Source: Perkinsus chesapeaki ATCC PRA-425 (taxonomy: Eukaryota; Protista; Perkinsozoa). From it: a DNA stretch of 64,000 bases. The position numbers and the translations under genes are program-made. Below the pieces are notes generated by a model. That model was not told the origin of the DNA, did no database searches, and worked only from the letters and a program-made list of their open reading frames with translations. Below, in pieces: positions 1 to 13,414 of this stretch; the first letter of the stretch is position 1; each line of letters starts with the position of its first letter. The DNA is taken from positions 62,001 through 126,000 of the forward strand of contig JAAPAO010000023.1 in NCBI GenBank assembly GCA_013115145.1, given 5' to 3'.

Positions 1-86
1 TGTCAGTAATCACTAACAAGTGTCACTTAATAATTGCAAAGTGTATTTCTAATCACTAATTGACAACAAGAACATAACCCATCTAC

Positions 87-2890
87 CTTATTCGCCTCCT
101 GGAATTTATTCTTGGTCTCCTCCAAACCAGCTTCATCAATCAATCCTATTTCAAGCATCAAATTCCGTAATTCGTCCGATGCCTTCTCCAACTCATCATC
201 CTAAATTGATAAAGGTATCTTAGCTCCATGCGCGCCCCAAGCATCACCTTCGGAACTTGGCACCTGGCAACTAGCAGGAAGGCGGCTTGAGCCACTGGAC
301 TGCCGTATCGGGCCTCAACAGCATTAATCTGACAAGCCAAGCTATCTCACATAAGTAAACTTTCTTGGCCCAACACTGTAAAAAACATAATCTTAATTTG
401 CTCGTCATAGCGTGGCATATTTCCCACCATAAGTCGAAGCCGCTACCGGTTCAAGGTTCAACAGGAAGATACGCCTTTTCGAACGAATGTTCTTTTCATT
501 TCCCTCTTGCATCCTAATAACTGTAATACGCCACAAGTCCCATTCTCAGTCGTCTCAAAAACCGGACAAAAGGTTACTGCAACAAGTACGGGTAAATGGC
601 AGGGACAAAAGCAACAGTTGGATTGTGTCCTACCTTAACATTAACAGACATCATCTTCAACACCTGTTTATTCGCCTTAATTTCCTCCTCAGTGGCCCCA
701 CTACTTTGCGGCAGCTAACAAGGTAAACGCTAACAGGCCCACTCTACCCGCTTTAGTAGTACATCCGCATCATCGTCATCATCCTTGCTATTCTTTGCCT
801 TAATGAGAACGTCGCAAAACTCTCTCATATACCGCAAAACCTGCAGAGGAAACATCTCAACACAAAGACCCCTGAAATTCATTATATATACTAATAACTA
901 TATTCATTATATATACTAATAACTATACTTATTATATATACTAATAACTATTATACCGTTATAAGTATAGTTATAGTAGTAGCTAGTACAGCTATTAGTT
1001 ATATACGTTTAATGTAATTAAATTGCACTAATCGATCAACCGTTCCATACACGACATTCACAATTGACTCTAGTAAGTGACCGGAAATCCCCCCCGATGA
1101 GTCCCACCAGATGTCACTTCAGAAGAACATATTCCCTAACCGAATTACCATCCTATAGATGCAACCATATATGAGTAAACTCTTCACGGCTCTCTCATTT
1201 CCCACCTCATTTCTACCTTGCTGCGCTCGTCCAGTTTCTTTATCTCCTCAAGCTCGGGTGAATCGACCCACGTACCCTCACTAACATCCACCTTGGTGCC
1301 CGCCGGCAACTGAGGTCATTATTAAAACGGTCTGCCCTGTGCCATATCACCTTTTTCATAGTAACCAGTCCGGGGCCCTCGAATTTAGTAGGGATCTCTG
1401 GCGTTAGGTAGGGACAGCACATATCCATGGTATTGTCATCAGTAAACCGGATGATATACCTACCAGTGGAGTGCAGCGTCATATTTAGACTTCATCCTAA
1501 CCACATGAACCGGTTTAGTCTACCTTGATAAAGGGAAAACGATTTATTATTTTACAATTGCCTTTTAGTATTCTTTATTGATAATAAAGTAACATAGGAG
1601 GCAATTACTAATAAATTATTATACCAAAATTCCGCCAAGTCTTACGGGACATTAGGCCCTTGAGTTCCATCTATAGCAAGATGTACGTTGAGTAACATCG
1701 GCTCCCTACTAACATCAACCATATAACTGGCTTCCTGAGACTGTCCCATAACCATAACGTGCATCTTATGGCCATCCTCGAACTGCATAACCTAAATGGT
1801 ATCCAAGGTTGAAGCGTGCAAGATACAAAGTAGGTTACTTGTGAGTATCCACCAAGCTTTTCAGTAACAGTTCCTTTCCATGACCCCATTAGTTTCTTCT
1901 CTACCGATGCCGTATAACATGCATTCCTCAACGCCTTCAAGTTATCAATATCACCCTAACCAAAAGCAGCGTAACTCAACTACTCCAAACAGATGTCACA
2001 CCAAACACTACGAATACTAATATTAATATATTGCCACTATTGATGAAGAAATAATTCCTCATCATGGACCATGTACGAAATACCCACTCAGGCGAAAATC
2101 ACATTTTGATGATTTTTTTAAAACTATTCACCATTCCACATGGCGGTGATTCCATGGATCAATTTAGCTTGTCCCGAATATACCTCGGGTCAGTTGGTTA
2201 CGGTGTGATAGGAGGCGGGGGAGTTAAATCCTTACTGATCGTGATACGCTCACTTCGTGCTACATCTCATTCAAATACATGATATAAGTTACTACTATTA
2301 GATATCACCTGTACACCCCAGCTCTTATCGACTCTAAATTGTTTGTACTCTAAATTCTTCCAAAATACTTCTCCCCTTTATATTACCTCAGTGCAGCTAG
2401 CTATTGCCTTATCTAAATGATCGACCGCTTCCTCGTACCTAACTCATATATAACTGGAACCAAATGCACTCCCCAGTTGCTCTACTTTCCCATAGCCTGC
2501 AGAGCGCTGCCAACTCTATGGTGACCTTTACTCCAAAGGGGCGCTAATTCAACACATCGCATGCCATCCTCGAAAGCCTTCTCATAGGAACCATCTACAG
2601 CATAGGCTGCCGATCTATTTGACCTGAGAGGAGCTCAAGTTAGCCTATAAGATAACTTCAAGGTTGACCAAGCAAGATCCTAAATAGGTTGATAGCCTTA
2701 CCATGCTAAATGATCCTCAGGTTTAATATCAATAGCCTTTGTATAACTATCTATAGCACCTTGAACATCCTTGGCCTAAGCAACTAAATGACCTTCAATT
2801 CACCCTAGCCATTATTACCTTCAGCTTGGCGTTGCCATCCTTACGGAAGTCCTCGGCGGTCCTATTAGTAGAGTCTGTATTATCGGCCAT
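87..2890 (-). CDS. Multi-exon TPR-repeat protein (STI1/PP5-like N-terminal TPRs, unrecognised C-terminal region); 3' end may run off the window
   Basis: ATG at 2890: MADNTDSTNRTAEDFRKDGNAKLK|AKDVQGAIDSYTKAIDIKPEDHLAW|SNRSAAYAVDGSYEKGFEDGMRCVELAPLWSKGHHRVGSALQAMG|YEEAVDHLDKAI, i.e. three canonical TPR units split by short GT-AG introns. Further exons (GDIDNLKALRN.., VMQFEDGHKM.., YIIRFTDDN.., VLRYMREFCD.., LIDEAGLEETKNKFQEANK) continue to ~87. Confidence 0.8.
877..950. repeat. 25-bp AT-rich tandem repeat (~3 copies) in a TPR-gene intron
   Basis: ATTATATATACTAATAACTATA(TTC/CTT) at 881, 906 and 931. Confidence 0.9.
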
Positions 2891-3237
2891 TTTAAGCAGG
2901 TACAAATCAACCAACATTCAGTGGACTCTCACTCGACTTGTTAAGTCTTGCAGTCTTACACTTCCTTAACTATAGACTGCCTGCGTGCCAATGTGCGCTG
3001 ACTTCTTTCCGGAGTTGTAGACAGCTGGGTGGCGGAAATTATGGCTTTAATTTTGAAGTTCTTTTTTGGTGTCGGTTTGAATAGGTCGGCTGGTATCTAC
3101 CAAGCGACGATTCCTATAGATTTGCGGCGAGTGACGTACGCAATCCGCGTCGCGTATTCTGATAGAAAAACCGTAAAACAGGGAGGCAGTTTTGTTGTAG
3201 CTAATGTCACCAGTGGAGTTCTTCCCCTTAGCAAGGC

Positions 3238-6200
3238 ATGCCGACAAAGGAGGAGGGTACTAACTACCTGGACGGGCCGCATCATTTCATACCGTAAATT
3301 CCCCAGATACATACTCCGGATATGCCTTCTGCCCAACAGCTTGGCCGTGGCCTCTCAGCAGCGAGTCGGCGCTCGTGTTGAAAGCGTTATACGTATCCTA
3401 GATCAATCCACGCTGGCTCAGGTGCTCGAATCAACCTCTGCATATCTTTGATAGCGTATCTTAGGTTACACTATTACCTTCCTGTCATTCCCAGCCAATC
3501 ACCGATCTACAAGTTATACCGGAAACTGGTGGCCGAGGCCTGTAAGTTCTCTAATATACCGTTTAACTATAGCATTTTTAGGGTATCTTGTTCTCGAGAT
3601 GCCACTGCCAAGATTTGGGACCTACGAGCGGACCCCTCCTCAAATCCAGCAGCAAGCATATCCGTTAGTAATAATAATAAGGATGCCCAAGTGTTCGGAG
3701 CAAGTGTCAACAACAATAATGTCCTAGCTGTAAGCTGGATGGGCGGGGATCACTGGGAGGCTCATATAAGGTATATCTTATAGTAATACTTATTACTAGC
3801 GTTGTTTGATTTTATTTATAATATCTTTCAAGTGGTTTCGAATATGTAAGATTCGGCCGTTTACCAACCGTTCTCGTTGTGACGGTTATATCTAACAGTA
3901 TGTTTCGATTACCGTAATAAAACTGCTGCTACAGCGCGTGATGGAATGACCGATATCTCACTCTTCGTAGTTGAGGAATTGGTAACCTCAGTCATCGGCC
4001 TTGGATAACAAATTATGCACTACCCGAGAAAATACGGCCTTTTGCGTAACATTTCTAGCTTTGGGGGGAGCCGAATAGATTTGCTTACATTATGGTACTT
4101 GAAGGAGTCGGAATAAGAGAATAAGATTAGTTACTGTGGGGGAGGCCTATTATGGCTAGGAACTTACCAACGTGGCGAATATAACGAAGTATCAAACTGG
4201 ATCGGCTTTGTGCACATTTTTGGAAGGTGTAGAGAGATTTAGTTTAGCGGAGCGAAGGTGCTGTTTTATGACGTTTAATGTGCAGGTGGGATCCGACTCT
4301 GATGTTTTACTGTTTGATATGAAAGCTGGGAAAAAGAAGCCTTATTTTACGTATACTGATGCTCATATGGATATAGTCAATTGCGTGAGGTTCCATCCTA
4401 CAAAAGGGAATCTTTGCTTGACGGGAGGTAGATACGCGAGAGGTTAACTCGTGGGTTATTGTAGCTGTATCAGGTGAAGATACTCTAGTGAATGTACTTG
4501 ATGTAGCCGATCTTGTTAATGAGGATGACGGTCAAGCTCCGAAGGTTACAATAAGTGCGGAAGATTCGGTAAGGCATTTGGGAAATTGATGTTCATAGCG
4601 TAGAACGGACTTATGGAGGCCTTCTGGTAGTTATAGTATTCTTAGTGCTACCGATATGAAATAATATTGCTACGGGTACGCGGCACTCTTGGCTGTGAGA
4701 AGTTCGAGCATGTTGGGGGGGTGGTGTTCGAGTATGTCCCACCTTGTGATGAGTTGTTGTTAACAATGCTCTATCACCAATTAATGATCTACTGAGGTGT
4801 GCCGGAAAAACGTGATTTTTTCAATGACTGTATATATTTGTTTCGGAACTTCTGTGTGTACGGTCAATAGCTGGTGAAGTTAACATTTATCATCTCTACT
4901 TGCCACGTGTCAATCACGCTCAGATCGGACGAGCACCGAGTATCGTCATTCTTGGGCCTGATATTGATGAATTGATTTTGGAATGTATTGCAATTCAGGT
5001 GCGGTCCGTGTGCTCGGCTGGGAAACAGGGAGAACTAATAGTAGCATCTACTTGCACGGAGAAGTTACAAGTCTGGAATGCCATAACAGCGCAACGGTAG
5101 GTGGTAACATGCTGGATGCTTTTAAAAATGACGTGTGCCGGGATCGAACCGACGACCGAGTGAGAGCGTCAACGAAGGTGGTTGTTTCCAAGAATTATCA
5201 CTGTTGCATGGTTCGAAATGGAATCTAATATCGTTTTTGATTGCAGTAGCGATTAGTTATCTTTTAGATGTTTGGAGACTAGTGGCATAAGGGAGCACCC
5301 ACTCCTATGTGCAGGCTCCACTGAAGAGGACAGGCAGTTGGGCTATATCATTGATGCGCAATACGATGCTATTAATAATAGAATGTAGGTGGGAGAGGAA
5401 CACCAATCCTGCTAGGGGAAATGTTACTTTTGCTCTTGGAATCGACTTTTCACGCTTTTAACTATTGAGGGGCTTATCTCGGTGGGAGTTGGTGAATTTG
5501 TGGCAGACTACCTTGTTGCATAGGAAGGGCTTGAAGGTCGGAAGGTGAATAACTGGTTATAGTGTGCGGGAGGACCTCAATTTAAACCTCGGCCACGCAC
5601 ATGTATAGAAGAATTCCCGAAAAAGGAGCCAGATTGAATCATTATTTGGCAAATTGCTAGGGCACCACCATCACCTATATGTTGCATAAGATCAATCGGA
5701 AGCCGCCTCTCGATGGCTAAGTAGAGATCGGTACTGCAGTGGCTGCTGCTCACCATGTTGACTATGCCTTGGGAACATATACGATATTAGGATACTCCTT
5801 GAGCATCCTACCTTTGATGGTCGTAAATCCTTAACGCATTGCTGAGACTGCGCAGAATGGTAAAAGTGTTGCTCCTGTTGAAGTTGTTAAGGCGTTTCCA
5901 GTGGACCTATGGTTAGCGCTACATAGGCTACAGCCTGAATCAGGTTTATAATAGGAGGCTCTACCAACGGCACAGTAGTCTGCTGTGAGCTCCTGGACAC
6001 GGCAACTCTAACCACACATGGTGTCTTCCATACTGGTTTGGCAGATAAGGGCCATGAAGGGGTGGTGCGATCGGCTGTACTGGTAGGTTGGAGAGGGGCT
6101 TGCAGGCGTACTTAAGCTGAGCTTAGGATACCTCCGGAGGATCTGTCTTCACCGGTGGAGAGGACGGTGTCGTTGTTAGCTGGGGCCCTAATGCTGGGCA

Positions 6201-6334
6201 TACGGATCTAAGCGATCTGAAAGATGTATGTGCATGCGTGCATATGATTTCATACCGTATTTTTGTTTGATCAGGGTCGTACAGGCAGCAATAGAGCGTC
6301 TCGTGGGGCGTCTTCTGTCGTATCGCCTTACTAA
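3238..6334 (+). CDS. WDR89: WD40-repeat protein, WDR89-like (multi-exon; start approximate)
   Basis: Exons LPSCHSQPITDLQ, VSCSRDATAKIWDLR, VGSDSDVLLFDMK..AHMDIVNCVRFHP, EDTLVNVLDV, GHEGVVRSAVL|..VFTGGEDGVVVSW, ending SVVSPY* (TAA 6332-6334). Motif order matches my recollection of WDR89. Confidence 0.7.
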
Positions 6335-6510
6335 GGTAGCATTCCCACTCAACACTGTCTATGGAGTATTGCTAACGTTCCTCATTACCAACGTGCTTCT
6401 AATATGGAAAAACGGCTTGCGTGAAATCTTCGCAGTGCGGGAAGATACGCCTTCCGTGTCAGCGCTTTTATGGATATAATAGACTCGAGAACCTCCTAAC
6501 CCGCCTGCCG

Positions 6511-9237
6511 ATGGCTACTACTACTTCTACTAGTACTGGTGAAGCAACCTTTGTTGAGGATGTCAAAAAGAGGCCCGATAGAACCGATTCAGTATTAAGC
6601 GGCGCGCGCACCCCAAGCACAGTTGGTGATCTCACTCCTGGCTTTCGTGGTCGCCTAGATTCAAGCGACCCCTTTTGGGGCCTAGAGTTCACCGAGGAGA
6701 TGGCCTTGGCCGCGATGAAGAAGGAAATGAAGAAACGAGTCTGGCCCGACAGTCGGGTGCACACGGACGGCTCGGCCAAGCAGAGAACTTGGCGACTTGA
6801 TCCCACCGATTTCGATATGGGTCATATGTTCGCTGCTGGTGAGGACACCGATGGTTATGTTATGAAGTTTGGTGACTTCGATATGGAGTACTTCTTCGAG
6901 GACCCTAACCCGCCTCCGGAGGCAATGCCTTTGTCGTGGAATATGTGGGAGATCGAGCTCTTTGGGCCTATACGTGAAGACGTTAAGGGCATGTTCAAGC
7001 CGGAGCCGGTCCATGATGTTGAAAGATTTGTGGACCATGGTCATGATTATGACACTATTGATGAGAGCGAGCTGAGCGATTTCTGGGAGTGTTGGGAGAT
7101 CAGTCCAGTTGTCCATGTTGGCGTGGTCGAGGCTGTTCTGGAGCTGCTCAAGGACCCTGTGTATGTGCTCACAATAGACCAGTCAGTTCTGAAAGGTGCC
7201 GAGTGGCTCAGCCTCATTAGGATTCACCCGGTGGTTGAATATCCTATCATATTGAGCCAGACTTCCTCCTGCCTTCACCCCCAAAACCTCCTGGAGACGG
7301 CTCGTGCCCAGCAGCCTGCTCTGGGTTGCCAGGGGATTCTGCCCCTCCTCGCTGGTGGAATTATGCAGGCTCGTTTGAAAGCATTATTGAGCAGACTTAC
7401 TCGCCACGAAATTGTCGAGGCTGACCCGCGCGTTCAGGAGGAGTCCATCAGGAAATGGCTCTGGAAAGCCTGCCTCGATAAGTCCCTTACCGAAGCCTGG
7501 CCGCCCACTAAGTGGCTCGGCCCGCTGGAAATGCTCTATGTGGAAGCTCAAGCCGTCTTTGTTCGAGATCTGGGTGCCATCGCTGGATTGCTGAAAGCTC
7601 AGCACATATCTGGCCGCACCACCGCCGATGTTAACGCCTGTCCGGGCCTTGCTGTGGCCCGTGCCGCGGTGGCTTCTCGGGTGCTATTGGTCGAAGGGTC
7701 GGAGATGTTGAATATGCTTGATGATGATGTGAGCTCTATGGCCCAAGAAGTGGCCACACTTATCGTTCTATCTGCCATGGATACCAAGTGGCCCTATCAA
7801 CAGCAACCCGAGACTGTCGATGATGCTGCCGAGGTGTTCTTCTCTCATCGCTTTGAGCGCGAGCCCTGGGTGCCTTTGTCGAGGCTTTCAGCTGCATTCT
7901 GCCACTCAGGCAACAGCCCACTGGTTCCTCGGCAATGGCGTCTTAAGGAACCCAGCCAATACGCGTTGCTTGCTGAGAGGCTTTCTAAGGCGATTGAGGC
8001 GGGCAAGGTTTACGTGGGCCCACGGTATCTGCCACCGAGCTACACTCTTCAGGATAGGGTGCGCTCATCGTTGGACTATCTAAGTTGGTGCCTTGCCCAT
8101 CAACCTCAACGCTCAGTGCCGCCAAGGGAGGCATTGAGTCCTCTGGCGAGCTGGTGGGACTATATAGGGCTACGTCTTGCTGATTTGGTCTGGGGCATTA
8201 GGGACCTGATGAGACTACATCAGCCTGGAGTACTTGTACATGCCTACTGGCTCCACAAGTGGTCCTCTGCTCCCAAGCCTCTCCCTAAGCCCTCGGTCTA
8301 TGGGGGTGATGCATTCGCCTGGAAGCGCCCAGGTAGAGCAGGTTGTGAGACCTTGGCGTTGAGGATGCCTGCCCCGCCGTATCGTACTGTCATTGATGCG
8401 GTGGGCTCCGCGGCCGCTGTACCAGTGGACCATCTGGCATCCTATTTAGAGCTGCGTTCCAATGACATTGCTCAGTCTTGGCGGTCGTACCGAGCTTTGA
8501 ACCGTTACGCTGAGCTCACAGCAGTGTTCGCCAAGTGGCTGGTTGTCCTTGGCCTGCTACATTCGACGGTGCCCTCTATTAACATGTTACCATGAACGCT
8601 GGGGCCTGACTCGTCTGTCTTCACCTATGCCCTCCTTGCCATCGGTTGCTGTCCTGGTGGAGGCCTGTGGGTTGGAATACTCGGCACTTGGATCAAGATT
8701 CCTATGTCCCTCATCGGCGAGTGGCCAGTTGATAACTACGTCCTTGGCTTGCTAATATTACCGTTGATATCCCGCTCTAAGCTTCAGTGGCCAGCACTGG
8801 CCTATCCCACAGTAGAGGAGTGGGCCTTGGGCTCCATCGCTCTATCCTCCCTCCTGCCAGCTGTGGGCATCCAGGCGGTCTGGCTCTATGTGCTCGGGGC
8901 TATCCTAGGTAATGTAATTTGCCGTGAGATGGAAGCGCAGGCCGGCATTGCTGCCGTCATCAGCTACCTTGTTGGAGAGAGCATGGTCTTTGCTAACCAC
9001 CGTAATGACTTTGATGGACTCACCCTTCTTTGGTTCCATGATCTTGGCCCATCGACCTTCGCCGTAGTGTATGCCGTCTTGGCCAGTACCACCTATGTGG
9101 CATTTGCTCCCCGTTGTAGAAGAGAGCTGATGTGCCTTAAGCGCGCAGACTGGTGGGTGTCTTGTGCAGCTGTGGTGAGCTTTGGACTCCTCTGCGGTGC
9201 TTTTGGTCCATATTTATTATCATTAATAATAGATTAA
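6511..9237 (+). CDS. Large, essentially intronless orphan ORF with a multi-TM C-terminus; frame interrupted by one in-frame TGA (8593-8595)
   Basis: Track ORFs 6421-8595 and 8704-9237 are in the same frame (offset 2283 nt = 761 codons) with only TGA 8593 between them: ..INMLP*TLGPDSSVFTYALLAIG..IPMSLIGEW. The distal part is hydrophobic. A last intron 9206-9256 giving ..FGYHFTFPIPDL* is possible. No family recognised. Confidence 0.6.
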
Positions 9238-9460
9238 CAACAATAAGTCTGATTAGGGTATCATTTCACCTTTCCTATACCCGACCTGTAGAATGTAAAG
9301 CGATGTCATCATCCCATTATATGTGTCACGATGGTCTTCAGCAGGCTCCCCTCACTTTCTCAGAGGATTTCGTTTCCTTCAGATGACTTTGAGTTTTCGC
9401 CCCTTTATTCTTCCGTCAGTTGCTTTTAATTAATGTGTACTCGACTAGGACGGCCCGTTC

Positions 9461-12261
9461 ATGTCTGATGCGCCCTCCTCTCCTCGGCCAGTGGTCCTTG
9501 GTACCTGCCCTGGTGAGGCCGCTCGGAGCTATCTGGCATGGCTGGGCCCACGGGCCACCGCTGCGGCTTATATTCTTCAAAATGAGCTCCAAGCTCAGGA
9601 CTTGCCTCGACCACCAGAGCACACTTGTGTGCGTACCGATCCGCACAAGCAAACGGTTGGCTCCACGCAAGAATTACTCACCTTTGACATGGACACCTTG
9701 CCCCGCGTCGGACCCGAGATCATTACCCTGCCTCCCTCAGTGCCTATTGCCGAGCATCATCATGAGCCTGACAGTTGGAGTTCGTGGGGCAGTAGGGCTT
9801 CTGTGTCCCATCCGGCCGTCTGTGAAGCCCATCTTCCTTCACCATCCCTGGACCCTCTGGTGGCGCCGACTATCTTGTTCCTGGTGTACGCCGCAGTGCT
9901 CAGCCGGATGTCCCAGGAAGAGTCGCCCAGCGCCGTGGCCGCTGCCTGCCTTGCTGAGGTTTACACTTATATTACCCGCAACGGCGCGCCCTGCTGTCGA
10001 CTTGCTAAAACTGTTCTGGGGGCTTGGAAAGGTGAGACGATATACTCGTTGGGTGGCGCTGTAACGATATACTACTTTTGCCAGGTGGATGGGGTTATTG
10101 CTGCTTTTGCGAGATGAAGAACCTTATCGTGTCCGCCGCTTTAAGCTTTCCTACAGAGTCGGCCCGCCTTGAAGTTGGCTCTATCACTCCGGAGGCAGAG
10201 GACGAAGCCTCACTGGTCGATGCCCCTTCGTCCCGCGCGAGTGTGATTGCCGGCAATGTTCCTATAGAGGCGGCCGAACCTGCGCCTGCTGCGCCCCCTC
10301 TGTCCGAAACCAAAGCGACAACGACGGAATTGCCTTCCACAGCATTTCGGCAGGATTGTGTGTTCTGTCCCCTAGGGGAGTCCATACTGGCAGAGCACGT
10401 AGCACTGTGCACCCTTGCACGCTTACAAGGCACTTTGCCTAAGAATAGCCTATCTAAGCTGGAACCAGTAGGAGATGTTGATAAGGGCTCCAATGCTCCG
10501 CCTAATTCCTCTCGACTCGATATCACTGCCAACAGGCCGAGATTTCAAAGTAGCCCGGAGCTCATCACTGCCTTTGACGCCCTACTCGTGCAAGAGGCAT
10601 TTCTAGCATCTCTGGAACGCCGAAATCGGTCGAGTCATCAACAGTGGCGTCGGCGCTCCAGTCGTATGAAGGCTCGACCCAGATCTGATATGATGCCGAC
10701 TCGCCCCCTGAGTAGCCCGGGGGTGGCGCCCAGGGCATATGTGCGGCCTTTCACACCCCATGACCAGCTCCCCTACAGCCTTTATGTGGAGAAGGTTGAA
10801 AATGACTTCATTGCTACCTTCTGCAAAAGTCCAAGGATTCTTCCTCCCCACACGGTCTCTCGGCTCGAGTCCAGCTCCCATATGCTCGCGCGGTACATCC
10901 TCCGCGACCTCTACTTCACCATCGGTATTATCTACGCCTTGGAGGGGGGTCGGTGGCCACACCCGCCGTCAGCTGAGGTCGGTCGGAAACCCAGCCCAGG
11001 AAGCCTGAGCGCTGTGACTTTTCGTCTGACCCGGATCTCTGAGCCTCGCCCTCGGTCCTTGGGATGCCAGACTGATCTAGCCGGGCTGACTGGCTCTATG
11101 ATAGATATTACCTTGGCCGCACAGTCGACGACCACCGCTGGTAGGAGTGAGGATGTGACCGTGAAGAGTAACGAGGCCCACCTGGTCATTGCCGACTCGA
11201 TGACCATTTCACTGCAGTGCATGGTCCACTCGAAGGACGCTGAGGAGAAGACGGTCCAGGCCTCACGGAAGGCTGGACATTGCAACAGCAACCAGAAGGC
11301 GGAGATGCCAGTGGTGGAGATGGTCTCCTCCGCGGTCCAGACGATGAGTCCTCGGCAGCGCCTCGAAGCTGGAACTTTCTGTGACTTGTCTAATATATCA
11401 GTTGTCCCTCCTGACGCAACCTCCAACACCGTAGTAAGTCGCACCCCAGCTGGCGGCAACAATCATTTCAAGAGCAATACGGTGATGGAGGATGATGCCA
11501 TGGATCTCACCGCAGCCCGACGGTGCTCTGTCGAATTCGTTGGCTACCTGATGGCCCGCTGTGCCTGCCGGATGATGGCGCGTTCCTCCCTGGATAGCCT
11601 TTTCGCCCGCATTGTCGCTCCCGCTCGGGGTACTCTCCCACGTGCCGAGCGCGTCACTGGGGGGAGCTCCGTGGGAATACAGTGTGTAGATGAGACTCAC
11701 TCGGACTCTACCGAGTTCGTTCCAGCTTATCTGACATCACCGTGCAACGTGGCCTGTCAGACTAACTCACCCCGCCCTAGCCATCTGAGGCTCTTGCTCC
11801 TCATGGCGGCCCAGCGAAGGCTACTCTCAAGTGGCGCCGTCGACAGGCTCCGCCCTGCTCCTGAGGAGGCACCTGCAAGCTGCGGAAGGCGCGGAGGCAG
11901 AAACCGCCAGCCACCGTCGTCGACACCATCAGTATCGAATACAGCGCCGCCCCCTGGCCTTGCTCCAGCGACCCCATGCTTGCTGTTCGAGACTTCGTCC
12001 TCGGTCGTCAGTCAGGAACTGACCTCTACGTATAAATCGGTCGCCACGACATTGCGTAGAAGTGAACCATCGATGCGGCAGGCGAGTCCTCGTCGTGGGT
12101 CGGCGATTGTTGGCTGTTCTCCCCGACGTTCTCTTTTACCCGCAAAGGCAGCGCGCAGAAGTCCATTATACCGGAGGGCATACTCGAGCGTGAAGCCACT
12201 GCGAGCCAAGCCCTCAGATGAACATCGTTACGAGCTGCGGTTTTCACCTACCATGTCCTAG
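9461..12261 (+). CDS. Two-exon orphan protein (~915 aa), Ser/Pro/Arg-rich, with Cys motifs
   Basis: A 53-nt GTGAGA..TTTTGCCAG intron (10032-10084) joins the 218-aa and 727-aa ORFs in frame (AWK-G-GWGYCCFCEMK). Contains C-x2-C-x9-H-x3-C (CVFCPLGESILAEHVALC). Confidence 0.7.
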
Positions 12262-12366
12262 TGTACAATTATTACCGTTGTTCTTTTGGCTTTGATAGAA
12301 GTTGTTAGTCGTTGAGTTGGCTTGAAATTGTATCTTTGTGGTCAGTGTCAGTCCATAAAGTTTGGA

Positions 12367-13414
12367 ATGGCGTTTTCCCAGTCCACCGAATCTCCGTCGG
12401 ATACTCCGGCCTCAGTCTCGGAAGTGTCCACTGACTGCAGTGCTGCATCGTATACCAAATTTTGTGCACCCCAGAGCTGCCTCTTTCACCCTGATTCTCC
12501 AGGAGCTCATGCTCTCGATGATGCTACTGCTCTTGCTGCCAAGAGTCGTGACAGTCTGGTAAGAGCGGTGATCATGCTGATCATCATCATCATCATCACC
12601 ATCGGCAACAACACAGCACTCCCTGTCTTTCAGGCGTTGATGTTACCTTCGCTTGGGGAAGTCTTGAACCACGTTGTTATGCTAGGAGACGCGACAACCA
12701 GTGAGAATTAACCATTGTTCGATGTTCCTCCTCCCTGTCACACTGCTCCTCCTCCTTCTCCAGGTTCAATGGGCCAAGGAGACCTAACGCGATTCCACGC
12801 CGTGCGCATTCCTGGAATATCCATTAAGGACTACCTCAAACGTCTTGCCAAGCACTTCAATGTACATCTCAATCGTCTTTCGTCATCATCACCACTACAA
12901 TTGCCCTTTTTAGTGCTCCAATGCCTGTTTCATCATTGCGCTCATTTACATCGATAAACTTATTAAAACAAGAGGTGAATCCTTCAGGATTAACTCCTAC
13001 AGTATACACAGGTAGTCGTAGCTTACCCCCAGCAAGCTGCTCTTGGAATACAACCTTTCTTTTTAGAGTTCTCTTAACGTCGCTCTTGGTGGCGACGAAG
13101 TTTTACGACGACAGTTACTACAGCAACGCTTACTACGCCAAAGTTGGAGGCATTCGCCTTGCTGAACTCAACGCCTTAGAAGTCAGATTCCTACACTTGA
13201 TGAGTAGAGCGAGCAGTCGGCTAGGCTATGCGCCGTATCGTAACTCTTGTTGTTGTTCTCAGAATGGTCTTTAGTTGTCGATCCAGAGGAGTATCAACAA
13301 TACAAGTATCACATCGTTAAAGTTAGGCTGCTAGAAGGGAATTTCTCTCAGCCCTGGCAACAGCCTATAAGGAACCCCAAAACTGTAAGCATTGCAGCCT
13401 GTGAGCATTCCTAA
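12367..13414 (+). CDS. P/U-type (Pho80/PCL-like) cyclin, copy A (3' end uncertain)
   Basis: [25 protein letters not shown]|[20 protein letters not shown]|[45 protein letters not shown]|[11 protein letters not shown]: a full Pho80-type cyclin box. Confidence 0.9.

Noticed and set aside
1240-1940. PTKFEGPGLV resembling a Gypsy integrase GPY/F motif; suspected decayed retroelement
   Set aside because: The segments splice cleanly via GT-AG introns into the TPR gene. No RT, RNase H or DDE motifs.
4745-4794. GTGATGA..CTGA C/D-like boxes (similar pairs at ~13642, ~17548, ~35444)
   Set aside because: Spacing is atypical and no convincing rRNA or snRNA complementarity was recognised.
9240-9460. Possible SECIS downstream of the TGA-interrupted ORF
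   Set aside because: An ATGA is present, but no apical AA loop or GA quartet stem could be built by eye.
10114-10117. ATGA stop/start overlap suggesting prokaryote- or virus-like translational coupling
   Set aside because: A canonical 53-nt intron (10032-10084) joins the two ORFs in frame.
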